49,748 nt of DNA, taken from the NCBI GenBank assembly GCA_000934665.2, contig KZ538750.1, positions 1 through 49,748 of the forward strand. Reading direction: 5' to 3'. Numbering within the stretch: position 1 is the stretch's first letter; each line of letters begins with the position of its first letter. Below, one piece after another: positions 11,744-25,037 of this stretch. This DNA is from Catajapyx aquilonaris (lineage: Eukaryota). The notes under the pieces were generated by a model, which was not told where the DNA came from, ran no database searches, and saw nothing but the letters and a program-made list of their open reading frames with translations. The position numbers were made by a program, and so were the translations under genes.

Positions 11744-12498
11744 AAAAAGGCACTAGTTGGTAAGAGTCAAGTCCCTGCCTCCCAGTGCGATGTACATGTC
11801 ACAAGTAGCTCCGTTAGAGACAAGCCCAAAGCCCCGGAATTTAGAGGGTCATCTATTGGCCACAAGAGGGGAATAAACGCCAACTTTCTCCCGGATCCAC
11901 TTTTCCGCAGCAAGATTTTCGGGTGAGCCCTAGAAAGTAATTTTGGTCCTCCGAAGGGTAAACTCCATAGCTTGACTCTCCAACAACAACAAACAACAAC
12001 TCCGAGGACAACAACATAAACTCTCAGTAGGTCTGACTTTGGAGAAGGGGTGGTGGGGAGGGGAAAAGTGAGAGTTGTAATATCCTTTGGCGGAGAAGGT
12101 TGCCAAGTTTATTAAAGCCCAAGGGCTCATGTGAGAAATCTTCTTAATCGTAATTGTTCCTTCAGTTAGAAGAGGTCCAAGTTTCTTCCGCGGCCTCCCT
12201 GAAACTTCGAGCCTTAATCGCGTCATCAGCAGTCAGCTTTAAATTACAAAGAAAATTATTTCGGCTTAAACTTTCCAGTTCAGATTCTTTTCAAGCGAAA
12301 ATGTGCGTTAGTGTGTGCTCTGACTGCTTAGACTTGGGCGCTCAAAATATCTCATCCCAGAAATACTGATAAATTGTGTCAGAGAGGAACTACCTCATCA
12401 ATTAATTATTCGACTTTAATTACATTGCTGCCTAGATGTATGAATATATCATGTTTTAATATAACTTATATGTACATGTTTTTTTAACTAATTATAAT

Positions 12499-12552
12499 TG
12501 GTATTCCACCCCCCCCCCCTAATGGAGCGCTGATTCTCCCAATGAGATAATC
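12499..12552 (+). mobile_element. Isolated SINE/LINE 3'-tail fragment
   Basis: tggtattccacccc...ctaatggagcgctgattctcccaatgagata matches the tail architecture of the full SINEs. No head present. Confidence 0.55.
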
Positions 12553-12589
12553 TTTTTTTTAAAAAATAACTTGTGATTCATCATGTATG

Positions 12590-13016
12590 ATAATTATTCA
12601 GAATAAAGTCTAAATTACTCTATTAAGTTATGTTAACCCGACATGACTTAAAACTGACCCTTCCCTGATGCTATTGACACAACAGCAGTAAATACGGAGG
12701 GTGTCGTCGCGTCGCGTCGACGGTGTCAGAGCTTACGGTTACCCCGACCATTGAAGGCCCTGTGAAGCGGGGAATACTGAGACATGACTGGTGGGGAATA
12801 CTAGAACAGTCATTATTTTGGGTGGGGAATACTGAAACATTTACACACTTGCATGTTATAACAATTTTAACGCAATATTTTCCTCTCTGATGTGCAACGA
12901 ATATGCCATGGCTGAAAGAGCAAGTTTCAACGATTCAAACAATATTTTTAAGTCGAAAATTTCTTAAATATATTATTCCCCTGGAAAGAGTGTCCGACGA
13001 TATTTTTTTCCTTGAC
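12590..13016 (+). repeat. Dispersed repeat (probable non-autonomous DNA transposon), homologous to 29281-29620
   Basis: Collinear shared blocks attattcagaataaa, cagtaaatacgg, tgaaagagcaagt and tggaaagagtgtccgacg. Confidence 0.75.
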
Positions 13017-13184
13017 GTGGCGATCACTAGTACACTTGCTTTACTGTGCGTTTTACTAGATGCATCATTTTAAACTCGAATCTCCAGTTTTTTTTACAGA
13101 AAATCGATGCAGTTTTATGTGGCTTTTTAATTACACTATCATCATGAAGAAAATCTCAAATGTAAATGTAAATAAAGTATAGGA

Positions 13185-13460
13185 CAGAGGTTCCCAAACT
13201 TTTTGAGTTGCGGAGCACTGCAGGAGAGATATTCGTGACGGAACACTAACATCATAGAGGCGCGTAAGCAGGAACAATTCTGGGATGGAGGGGGGGGGGG
13301 NGCGAAAGGGCGGCGCAGGCGAAATTTTTTGGGGTTCAAGGTCACACAAACTACTGAGAGGTTTGAATGGTACAGCTTATTGAAGAATTCCTTTTTCCCC
13401 CCCCAACCTCTTCGCGGAGCACTTGGAGAAGCTTCGCGGAGCACAGTTTGGGAACCTCTG
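13185..13460. mobile_element. hAT (Buster-type) MITE
   Basis: Perfect TIRs cagaggttcccaaact / agtttgggaacctctg. Perfect 8-bp TSD gtatagga at 13177-13184 and 13461-13468. Confidence 0.93.
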
Positions 13461-15983
13461 GTATAGGATATACAACACTTCGCAATTTAACTAAATTTAG
13501 TGTGCTGCATTCTCGGAAGAAAAATTCAGAGTAAAGTAATCGTAAGGATCTAACTATTCAGCCTCATCTCTTTCATGCGCACACTGTATGTATAAGGTGT
13601 ACCGTATACGTACGCATGTGAAAAAGTAGTAGGCCTACAGTAGTTGTGTGTAGTCAGACCCCAATAAAAGATCAGACAAAATGGGGTAGATCTGATTATC
13701 ATGGATCCTAAGCCCCTTTCCTACTCTTCCCGGTGCCTGCCCGCGTGAAAATATTTACGAGCGTGCATGAACCTTTGCGGTTTTTCAAGTAACGAACTGG
13801 TCCATCAATTCCCTTCGTAATTCTTGAGGATGTGGACTGGTAGCGCCCGTAGTGGACAGGTTGAAGACGTAACAAAAGTCGTGACTTGCAGGCGCAAAAG
13901 TGGTCCCTGCAGGGCGAGAAGAGACCGAGAGATTCCGCAGTTTCACTGCAGGCACTCCAGGAAACAACTCCTCAAAATCCCGCCATCATTTCAAGTACTG
14001 CGCCACTTCCCCCTTCCTCCTCCTTCCTCCCATCAAACATCCTCCTCTTCCCTTTTTTGCCCTCCTAAAAGAGGTATCTTCATCGTAAAACGCTCGTAAG
14101 TAAAGTAGGCCTATAAATAGACCCAGAAAGAGAACCACGGTAATGACTCCGCAATGGCATTAATCAAGGAAATAGAGCAGCAGCAGAGCTATTCCTACAA
14201 AGAATCTATTGAATCCGCTAATTCAGTATGGGCTGGTCTTTCATTACTCGATTTAGGCATTCTTGTATTTCCAGCATCCCCTCTTTGTAAGAAATATACC
14301 ATTAGATGTGGAGAGAGAAAAGTTAGCCAGCGAAGGCGTCGCTAGATGCCATGAATGGGTAGATCCAATTTATACGCACTAATGGCCTGATCATGATATA
14401 ATAAAAAGTGTGAAACATATATATGGCAAGAAAATCCTGGTATATTACAATATTTTGGAAGCCATTAACTTGAGCACGCGTTTCCTGGCTCGACTAATTC
14501 CAATTACATGATCATTAGTGACATGCGAATGAATCTTTGTGGGGACACTTTTGTCCAGACTTTTTTCCATTTTTCCACCTCTCCTCCTACCTCCCATTTT
14601 GCATAACTTTCTGCAAATTCATCGGCAAGTGGAGTAAAACGAAGCGTGTACGATTGGCGGACGAGCCAAGCGTAGCGCCACCAGGCGACTTTCACTTTCC
14701 CGCCAGGAAGTTTCCAATTAATCTCGCTTTATAGAGGAACAGAAAAAAAGGTGAGATGGAGGAAGTGGAAGTGAGGAGAAGAAGTTAAATCTGGGGATTT
14801 AAAGGAGCAAATTTCCATCTGCTGGCATTAAGTCACAGACTCGGATAATCTCTGGAGCGTTTCCAATGTAGAGAGGCTTATATCGGTTTCTTCGAAAAGA
14901 AAATTTTGCCTACTTTAGCCTGCTTCTAGCACAAGAATAGCTGCTGAGCTAGACCTGCTGTGCATTCTCACTCTATACAGTATATAAAACTGCTTACTAA
15001 AGGGAAAAAAGCAACACTGGTAGCGTTACTGCAACGCGCAGTCCACAGGTGCGTTTACCCGGCGTTTAAACGAGGCATTTACTTTTGCATTTACTGTTGT
15101 AGTTTAAGAATTTACGTAGTATATAACCAACAGTCGATCGCGGAATGAACTTGTCCATTTGGAAATGCATCGGAATTGCAAGTTATAGCCTTTCATCTGC
15201 ATGCAGGGAGCACTTATAAAGTTGGAACATGTAGGATCGGCATAAATCCGGGCATAAACCGAAATACCTGAAACGAAAGGATTAATTTTGATGATGAGTA
15301 ATCGATGTGTTTTAATGCTCATATTCTGGACTTGAAATCCAATCAGAAGGTTGGCTCGGATGCCTGTCCCACTATTCGACTTGCAACGGGTGTTATAATC
15401 CCAAAAAGTGAGAACCCGAGAGAGGGGTGGGGAGAGAGGACAGAGAGAGGACAGAGAGAGGGAGACAGAGCAGGGTGCAATCAAAATATACGTGATGACA
15501 TCCATTTTTCACGCCGTCCTTGATTTATTAGCGTGTTAAACACCACATTAAACTTTTACTCCCGAGCATTTTCAGTGTGGAGATCACTCTCCACTCTTCA
15601 CAGGAAACTATCAGTCCAAAAGGTTTTTGGAGTGCAATTCATTCCAACTGATAACCATCATTATCTTTTAATGCATCTGGTGCATGGACATTTTAGGAAT
15701 TATCCGACGTTTTTGAAAATTTTCTTCTGAGTTCTCTGGATGATTTTATCCTCGCCGTGAATTCTGGATATTCACAAATAATTTAGATTTCGTCGTACTT
15801 CATGAATATTTTTCTGGATTATTACTCTACACCTGAATTCCCCAATAATTTGCGTAGCCCTGCTTTAGTATTATCCTGATGTGATTCTTTACCCTGTGGC
15901 GCAGGATCAAAAATGACTGGACCATTTTTGTTTTGCTCTATGAAGTAATCATGATTAATTCCAAATGTTTTTCAGTGATATTA

Positions 15984-16335
15984 TTATTATTATTTTTTTT
16001 TTGCATTACCCCACGGGGGGAGTTACGTACTCCTTAGGGGGGGTGGATTACCACCATTGGGGTTTTCGTTGGAGCGAGTTAAGATAGAATCTTATTAGTG
16101 TACTCCAAGGGTGGGTGGGAGGGGATGTGCAAAGTGCAAGTGCAATGTCTCTAATCGTCATTTTGTGAACTCCCCCGGGTGGCTTAGTCTGTCGGAAATT
16201 GCCACCCGAAACGAAGCCAGAGATGGCCCAACTCTGCACGAAAGAAGGTGGGAACCCCGGGTGGGGATTGAACCCGGGACCTTAACTTCCGTGGGCGCGC
16301 GCGTTACCGCGGCGCCACTCCGTCTCCCCGATTTT
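15984..16335 (-). mobile_element. tRNA-derived SINE, head-2 family
   Basis: 5' half nearly identical to the 8825 copy. 16-bp TSD tttttcagtgatatta at 15968-15983 and 16336-16351. Confidence 0.93.
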
Positions 16336-16601
16336 TTTTTCAGTGATATTAAATAGCGCACTATTTCTGGAAGTGGAAATTAATTTGAACAAATGCTTCA
16401 CCATCAGGAAACCGGTTGGAGTATACTGTATAACAAAAAGCTCCAATAGAACTAGAGCCCAAATTCATGGGGATGAGTAAGATTGCAAGATACACACGTA
16501 GGTCACTTATAAAGTTGGGTTGCGTGATCAATAATAAATTTATAATAAGTGGCTGATCCTTGTTATTCATTGTTTGGAATGTTGCTACCAACAGTGACTA
16601 A

Positions 16602-16807
16602 CAAGCATCAACCCTTGCTCTGAATTGACTAGAGATCCAACTCTGCAGCCTAAATAAAGATTTTAACAACGCGATTTTATAATCTTAATTTTCAGATTAC
16701 CTGACTTACGGAGCAGTAGAGGCTACGAAGGGCCTTCTAAAAATATAAAAAGTCTAAGGCCGGGGTGCGTGATCGATAGTCAACTCAGAACAAATGGTTG
16801 ATGCTTG
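16602..16807. mobile_element. Degenerate MITE (inverted repeats)
   Basis: caagcatcaacccttgctctgaattgacta pairs imperfectly with tagtcaactcagaacaaatggttgatgcttg. Confidence 0.6.
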
Positions 16808-19335
16808 ATAAGCATATAGTTTCTTATAGTTAACGTGGACATATTTTTAATAAGGACTATTTACTATCGATCAGGCAAATGTCCCTAGAAATCTTCGGAA
16901 TAATCTCTAAAATAATAAGTTTTTAAAAAGCGATATGTTAACCCTTATTTAGAGGTTTCCTGGCTAAGCATATAATTATAACGTAATAAATCGAATTAAA
17001 GGACACTAACTTGTTCATGGAATTCGCGTCATGAATTTACCACCGATTGGGAGGAGACCCTTTTAGGTCTATCGAGTGTGGCAGTATCCGTAACTAATTT
17101 AGTTTTGTGACTTCAATTTCAATTTAATTTAGTTCAGTAAATTTTATGCTGCAGCCCTAACGTTTTTCAACCCTTCTGGACTTTGGTCCTTGTTGTACGA
17201 GGTCATTTAAATAATTCATGGCGTAATTTACCCCCTCCACTAATGAAGGTGTGTTTGGAAAACGTTCCACTCTCCATAGCAGTTTTCATCAGATTGTTAC
17301 AGTCCATGGGCGAGTTTTTTGCTAGAGCACCAACAGATGGAATGATGTTTGCACAGTCCTCAATACAATATACTGGCATCTGATAGTACATCTCATGTGA
17401 TTCATGGTTCTGATCGTGGTAGTTCTTCCTGAACTGCTTCGGGTGCAGGCAGATTCCAAAGCTATATTAATTCTGTAACGCGCCTCTGATGAAATTGCAT
17501 TCAGGCATTGAATGAAAGTATCCAGCCCGAATATTGGAGCCCTGTAGCTGTTCGCTTGACACCTTCTCGTAATGAAGGCTGCAAACGAGGCCTGTGGGAT
17601 CATGTGAGCTAGAAAGGTGCGCATGCAGGCCTAACTCACCTCCGCCACCCACCACCCCCATCTACCCCACACTCCTCCACCACCTCTCTTTGCTGCTCCT
17701 CCGCCGATCCATTTCATTTATCAAACTTTCCCATCAGCGAGATGGGCACCGAATTACCCTAAAAGCAGGAGTGTGGGTTGGGGGTGGGAACTCTGGTTCA
17801 TCCCGCTTCAGACACCTTTAGTACCTCTGAGTTCAGGTTCCCACGTTTCTGAAGGTGGACTTTTAAAATAAAGTTGTGAGGTAGCGACAAAGGCAAGAAA
17901 TGCATTATGTCGACGTCCAAGTAGTTTGTGCGGTGTTGGGTTGCAACGTCAACATCGGTGCCGGTGCAAGGAAACGGATGAGGTGCGGTCGGACCTGCAA
18001 CCACTACACAAACCAAATGCTAACGTTGGCCCGACCGCTGAGTTACAAGGGGACTAGGGTTAGAAAGGGGATGGGTGGAGGGTGTTATTATCCGGACTAA
18101 CCCAGAACACTTCGCCAGAAATGGATGATGAACACTACCCGGTATATACGCGTAGGTGTGATTTATGGAGAAAACTTGAAATGTTTCTATTTGCTGGGGT
18201 CAATGGAGTGTTACATCCCCAGTGTGCACCAGGTTAGTTATTACGCAGTTTTGAAATAGGTGCACCTGTTTATGGATGCTCGCGTAGACCTTATTCTTAA
18301 TTTCTACATGATGCCGGTAGATTAATATCACCAGCCAAAATCGCAACGCTATTTCGACTACTCGCAGATATGAGAATAGACCTTTACGTAGATTCGGACT
18401 TACGTTAAAATTTCCGACGTGCGAAAATAATTTCTGGCGTGCGCAAAGAATCTGCTGAACTGGTAACGTAATATGCCAATAATTGCGATAAAACGCGTTA
18501 AATTTCGGCGAGTGACAACTCTAATTTTCCCGCCGAGACTTATTCCCTCACTCAGTTTACACATGACAGATATTTGCCACCCGTTCTGGATCTCGCGAGG
18601 AATCCGTTATTCCCTCTCGAAACGGGTTCAGTTGAATAAAACAGTGACTCCAGTATCGATACATACGGTACATATGGTTTTAAAAAAACAGGTTTCGAGT
18701 TAGCGAAATTTGATTTCGTATACAATTATATCGGAACGATCAACTTACGGAGGTTGGGGACTGTCTGTATACTGTTAACAGTAATATCAAAAGGGGCACA
18801 GTGATAACTATGGTATTTATCCTACACTGTACCGGTACAGTACCGAGGATGAATGAGCAGTGTATCTTCCAAGCAAAAACAATAATAATAGTAATAGTAA
18901 TATTTTAATGACTTATTATTACTTTTGTGGTAATAAAAAAGTTTCATGAGGATGAACTCAAATTAAAACATGGCGTATTGCGAAAACTATGTGGTAATGG
19001 ACGTAGGCCTACTGCAGTAACGCGACGCGACGGTTGGGAAAGATTACACTGTACACAGGGCGACAGTGAAATTCCCCAGTCCACAATCCGACATGGACTG
19101 GGGGAATAAGTTCTGTATTGTTTACCACCACCAGCCAATTTGAAAAAATGGCAACAATGAAGACGAGTGACTGGCTCTGACTGTTGCTTTCAACTACTTG
19201 ATTCTCTCGAAACTGGTTGCCGAGGTAAATAATCCCTAACTCTTCAGCAAGGTCCTTGTGTCTGTGGGCCGTTTCTCCCTACTTTTAAACTCCATCATCA
19301 CAGAGATTACACTCTTAATTTGGTAGCCTCTAATG

Positions 19336-19709
19336 CAGGGGTGGGCAAACTATACGGCTCGTGGGCCGGATCCGGCCCGCGAAGATTTGTGAAGCCTCGG
19401 TATTCGGTATTCCTGAAAATGTTGAAAAATTAAAATTGCAAAAAATTTTGCCTGTGCCTTCCTTTTTAATTCTTTTAAATTCACAATAATATTGTTTTTT
19501 TATTACAGGCCATTTTCATTGATATATTTAGCTAATTTTATCGATTTTTAGAGAATTTAATGATATTTTATGCAATTAATGGACGTTCATTTAAAACGAT
19601 GGATATATAATTGTAAACTTTTTAATAAGTTGAATTTTCTTTTGATGCGGCCTGTCAATTTTTTAAAAATCTCTATGCAGCCCACGGAGAAAAAAGTTTG
19701 CCACCCCTG
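19336..19709. mobile_element. hAT (Buster-type) MITE
   Basis: TIRs caggggtgggcaaact / agtttgccacccctg with ggcccgc subterminal motifs. Perfect TSD ctctaatg at 19328-19335 and 19710-19717. Confidence 0.92.
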
Positions 19710-20198
19710 CTCTAATGTAATATCGAATGTTTCTATAAGTTCCTCCGACAGTAATTGTGGGTGTGTTTGAAGGTCATAATTATCAAAGATGACAGATGTA
19801 CACTGTATAAGGTTACACTGGCGTATAAATTACATTGTGTAATTTGAGCTCCTTCCACCCTATAAACTGTAACCTGTAAATCTCCAGTTGTAACCGTAGG
19901 CCTACAGTGTTACCTCAATTTTTGTAAAAAATATGACGCAACAAGTGACGCTCAGCGGTATTGTACAGTATTATTCTGGTATTATCTAAATAGTGGTTTA
20001 TGGTCTATAAAGTGAGACATTCAAAAGAGATTAGATTGTAAGTATCATTAGATTAGTTACAGTAGATTGTACCAAAATTATTCTCCTCTCACCTTGGGAA
20101 AGTAGATCTAACCGAAAATATTGAAATGTGCGCTATTTCCTATCTTTTACACATGTTACTAGAATAATGGGATACAGCAACTGAAAACCTCACCATAT

Positions 20199-20548
20199 TA
20201 TTTCTATTACCCCGTGATAACCCGATTAGGGTTTATAGGGGAGTGGATTACCACCATATAGAATCCTTTTTCTCTCTTTTTTTCTTCAATCACCGTGCAA
20301 AGAATAATTAGGGATGTAGGGTAGGGATAGGGATTGTTGGGGAGGGGACACTTGTGCAGGCGCAATGTCCTAGCCTTTGGGCCATGTGCAGTCCCCCAGG
20401 AGGTTAGGTTGCCAGCAGATACCTCCTTGGTGCAGGTCAGAGACCCTCCCGACGCAGGCGAAAGGTGGCTCCCAGGCGGGGATCGAACCTGGGACCTTTC
20501 ACTCAGCAAGCCGAGACGTTACCATCTCGGCCACCACACCTCCCCCCA
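20199..20548 (-). mobile_element. tRNA-derived SINE, head-3 family
   Basis: Reverse strand A box tggccgagatgg and B box ggttcgatcc, plus the shared central domain and tail. 15-bp TSD aaaacctcaccatat at 20184-20198 and 20549-20563. Confidence 0.92.
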
Positions 20549-20649
20549 AAAACCTCACCATATAATATTATACGAATCATACAGAAATTATTAGGACTAC
20601 TGTGGATAATTTACAAACTATAGGAGCGTTCACTATAGGAGCTGATTAA

Positions 20650-21930
20650 CACTCAAAATACAAGTTGGTCTCTAAAAATCAGGCAAAAAAATCCTGATTC
20701 CGGTGATACCATGGGGTAATCCGAGAAATAAAATAATGTCAAAGTAGGCCGGGTGCTATCCCTATCCCCCTGCCCCTCCAATCCAGCCCACACCTCCCCC
20801 GGCCACCTCGCGGCTGCCTGAGGAAGTTGGATGCGGATCCCCGGCGGGTTTGAAATGCAGTTCGGCCGGATATTTCTGACTGTTGCCAATGCATATGTTG
20901 TCACCGAGGTGTTACTGTTCGGACCTCGCCCTTGCTTGGCCCCTAATTGTTTACCGGTGGCCAACATCTGGCAAAATATTGTGTTTGTTCATGTGAGATA
21001 CTTATTACACCATCCCATGTGAAACCCCAGGTTTTAGCGTAATTCTTTTTTTTAAAAAATCCTATGCCCGATAACTAATGTAACAAGAAATGTATCTGAT
21101 GAACATAAGAAATAAAAGGCACAACAGCTACAGTTATGATCATATCTATAGTTATAAGTAGAGTAGTTGCTGTTAGCGGAAGGGAGGCGAAGTGGCGCTG
21201 CGGTAACGTATGGGCCCACGGATGTTAAGGTCCCGGGATCAAATCCCGCCCGGGGACACCCCCTTCATCTTGTGCAGAGTTCAGGCTATTTCCTTTAAGA
21301 CAAACCACCCGGGGAGTTCACTAAAAATGGTCACACAAGGACATTACACTGCACCTTGCACATCCCCTCCTGTCATCCTGCCCGTGGGCCCGGGCGTTTC
21401 AATCAATAGGGTCCGAAATGTACCTTCATCAAATAAAGGTCCGTGCGATATGCCCCCATGTGGAATGGAAGGCCAGAAATGACAAATGTATGGCCTACGA
21501 ACGCCCTGCGCAAGTGCTAAACATAAGCATGTGTCGCCTTCCAGTCCATCCCTCCGGGCCTTTAGTCATGGGGGATTTGATGCTGGAGCAACAGATGTAG
21601 GCCACCGGTAAACAATTAGGGGCCAAGCAAAGGCGAGGTCCGAAAAGTAACACCTCGATGACAACATAATTTATTATGCATTGGCATGGCAGCAGCCAGA
21701 AATATCCGACCGAACTGGATTTCAAACCCGCGGGGATCCGTATCCAACTTCTCCCAGTGGCCGAGGGGGGAAGCGAGGCGCCACGCTCGATCAGACCTCG
21801 AATTTTTCCGACTTTCGTCTCTTCCCCTGTCATTACCGTTCGCCTCAGAGATAAACGGATCGCATTCTCGGAATCAGGATTTTTTGCCTGAGTTTTAGAC
21901 ACCAACTTGTATTTTGAGTGCAGTGTCCCT
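20650..21930. mobile_element. Long-TIR MITE, Kolobok/T2-like (TTAA target)
   Basis: ~320-bp inverted arms at 20650-20970 and 21592-21930. Right end gtgtccct|ttaa. TTAA also at 20646-20649. Confidence 0.8.
21179..21580 (+). mobile_element. Diverged head-2 SINE nested in the MITE
   Basis: gggaggcgaagtggcgctgcggtaacg...gggatcaaatcc plus the shared body. The 3' boundary is approximate and the TSD is degenerate. Confidence 0.75.
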
Positions 21931-22086
21931 TTAAGGTTAACTACGGAGTTAGCTCTTGTCTACATAGAGACTTCCGTAGTTAACCTAACTCATGTTCATA
22001 CAACTCGCCCTACATCACAAATAATAATAGGCCTATAAATAAAACGTACGAATAAAATAAATTCTCGGTAATACAGCAGACAATTA

Positions 22087-22675
22087 CAGTAAAAATTTTA
22101 TAAGTCGAAGTTCTCTATAAGTCAAAGAAAATGACGAGCTTGGTTGGTCACAATGTAAAAGAATAGGAAATAAACTTCCCTAACTCGAATTTCTATAACT
22201 CGAAGTTCTCCATAACTCGAAGTGCAGGCAGGGCCTTACGATGGGATATCAATGCATTTTCAGTCTCCCTAAGTCCAAGTTCATGTTGGCGAGTACGGCA
22301 AATCTTCTAATTTCCCAGCCGAAGGGTGGAGAGTAGGCAACATGCACAGAAAGACTTATTAATTACAGATCTCCATCTGCCAGACGTACGGAAAGAAGTG
22401 TTTGACTCGATTGTGACAATAGAATCCTTGAATCTAAGAGTAGGCAAATGCCCATAACGGAGATTTTTTACAACAAAACAACGAGGAACATTGTAAGTGT
22501 GATAGTGACAGTTCTTTTTAAGTTTTAAACACCTTTAGTCGCTGGATATAAAGGTATAGGCTTCCTTATAGAGTTCTGGGCTTTTAAAAAAAGCCAAACT
22601 TCTCTAACTCGAATCTTCTACAACTCGAAGTTTTTTCCTGGTCCCATGGAGATTCGACTTATAGAAGTTTTACTA
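22087..22675. mobile_element. Tigger/pogo-like MITE
   Basis: TA|cagtaaaaattttataagtcgaa ... ttcgacttatagaagttttacta, with several subterminal (t)aactcgaa repeats. Confidence 0.75.
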
Positions 22676-23339
22676 TTAAGATCAATAGGTTGCAATTGCA
22701 ATATTGCAATACTTGGTATAATGTTTTTTAACTGTGTGTAATAGACTAAGGCACTCTAAAGGTGGGAAAAGTGGTTCACATGCACTATAGAGTGTTAGCA
22801 GTTGGAGGTTTTGAGAATGTGGGGGTGGCTAGGAGGGAGGCAAAGTGGTGGGTGGGGGGAGGCATAAAATCGAAGTAGCTGTCCCCCACGCCCCCTCCTC
22901 CCTAACTCCTCCTGGGAGGACATAAATCCAGGCCCGAGCAGCGTATACAACGACATGTTGAGATGAAGTGGACGCGATTCCGTACAAATTTATTGCGTCT
23001 TCGTGCGTGGGAGCCGCAATTCGCGTTTTTTGTACCCCTTATCCCTCCCTTACCCCTTCTTTTCTGATGGGTGGGCGAAAAGGAAAAGGATTTGGTCGAT
23101 GGAAATCTTCCCACTTGGGACGGATCTCTCCAGACACAGCTTTTCCACAGAGAAGGATGATTTTGCTCAGACTTAGACACTCACTATTTACTTCCTATGC
23201 GATAGCTCCAGGTCGTCCCAGCTCTTTTAAGTTTACACCATTTTTATTTTATTGTGGGATATTTGCTTGCACTTTAAAGGGGTGTTAAGGGCTGACCAGC
23301 CAATGCGGCTCTACAGCCTCTCGTACCCGGTTTATTAAC

Positions 23340-23417
23340 CAAGATACAATATTACAAACACGATACAATATTACAAACAAGATACAATATTACAAACAAG
23401 ATACAGTATTATAGAAA
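23340..23417. repeat. 19-bp tandem repeat, about 4 copies
   Basis: Unit caagatacaatattacaaa, head-to-tail, no spacers. Confidence 0.9.
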
Positions 23418-24812
23418 TATTATCTGCAATCAAACTTCCCCGTCACATCCTCACAGTTGCCCTACTCCAGTTAGCTGTTCATCTCAGCCAGGACCGAGAT
23501 CACATGCAGGCAGATGATGTTGAAAGCCTCCCACATCTCGTGCACCAGAGTCTTCATATTTGCTTGCAGTGGACACATCACACATTCACACGTGAATCTA
23601 TTAGGCTACATGGGAATAATGTAATTTCTCCAAAATACCACATTATTGTACAGTACTTCTACAGAAGTTGGTCAGGGATGTATATGTACGCGTACGGTAC
23701 AATAAAACTGAAATAAAATCCTAATACTTTGTATCACAATTGACACAGGTTCATTTTATCTACGGCTCTCTTGATATTAGGTGAGTTGTTTCATAAGTCA
23801 TGGCGTGTATTTTTTAATTTTAAAACGGTACCACATACGGAGATAACGTTTGCTGAGTTATGAAGGTTCGGCGATTACAATTTGTTCTTATATATAGATG
23901 TCGCCCATATCGCAAGGGGGGCAGGGAAACAAAGGAGGATCGTGACCGCCCCACCGCACCACCGCACCGCTTGGAGCTGTTAACAGCTGCATGCTGCTGT
24001 GGACAACACAGGAGCTTGCTTTTGAGTGTGCGACAAGTCAGAGCACTGTGACCAAACCCATGTGACATCCATCGCTACAATCCGTTTAAAAAACCATCGC
24101 CCTCAATGCGATCGAGTTTCAAGTGAGGGCAAAGATATCGCACTTTTGCACCTCAAAGAGATGGTGGGGAACTAGTGAGGATGCGAACTTCCTGAGACCT
24201 TTCCGTCTTTCAGCGTCCGAAGCATAGTGTTTTGAGTTGTCCCACACCCGAAAGCAAGCTCAACTGTGTTGTCCATCGGCCCATCGCCGAGTGCTCTGCA
24301 TGCAACGTTCAACAGCTCTAACAATAAGATCGTCAGGCTCGGGCCGTCTTACGCCTAGGATGCGATGGGGGGGGGGGGGGGGGGGGGNCCCCCCCCCCCT
24401 CCTTGAGATATACGGGCGACATCTAATGTATAGGCCTATATCAGATCAAATTGTAATCGCTGGACCTTCAAAACTCAGCAAATGTCATCTCTGCATGTGT
24501 TATTGTTATAGAATTTAAAAATACTCGCCATGACTTATGAAATAACCACGTAAATACTTGGAGCCATGATCAATGACAAGGAATGAATATTATAATTATG
24601 TCACCATGTGGAAGCATTGTGGATTGAAATGTCGAATGAAGAAGAGGGGTTTTCCGGCAGATCAAATAAGGCATTTTTTAACAACGCACACGGTGACGAA
24701 CTTTAAAGTTTCATTTTTTCTTCTTGCGTTATCTCCTTTATTTCATTTTATTTAAAAAAATCTATTGCACCTAACGGCCACCCTTAGGCAGTTTGCCTAT
24801 TGTGCCTAAGGG

Positions 24813-25037
24813 CAGAGCTGGGCAAGCTAACAGAAATTCTTAGCTCAGCTAACTTCCGCTAACAGCTAATTCGGTAAGTAAACCGTGGGTGGCGCTAAAT
24901 TGCTAATGATAAACAGCTAGAATTATTAGGGGGGTTTCCACTAACCTTTCTGGCTGTTAAGCATTAACGATTTGGTGATGTCTATGGTTTTTCTGAGCAA
25001 GTTAGCTGTTATCGAAAGTTAGCTGTGCCCACCCCTA
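24813..25037. mobile_element. hAT-like MITE with gctaac subterminal repeats
   Basis: cagagctgggcaagctaac ... gttagctgtgcccacccta. Flanked by direct repeat tgcctaaggg at 24803-24812 and 25038-25047. Confidence 0.7.

Noticed and set aside
16111..16356. Recurring peptide HFVNSPGWLSLS...AAPLRLP in three ORFs as a gene family
   Set aside because: It is the antisense translation of the head-2 SINE copies.
23340..23417. CRISPR array
   Set aside because: Head-to-tail repeats with no spacers, no cas genes and a eukaryotic context.
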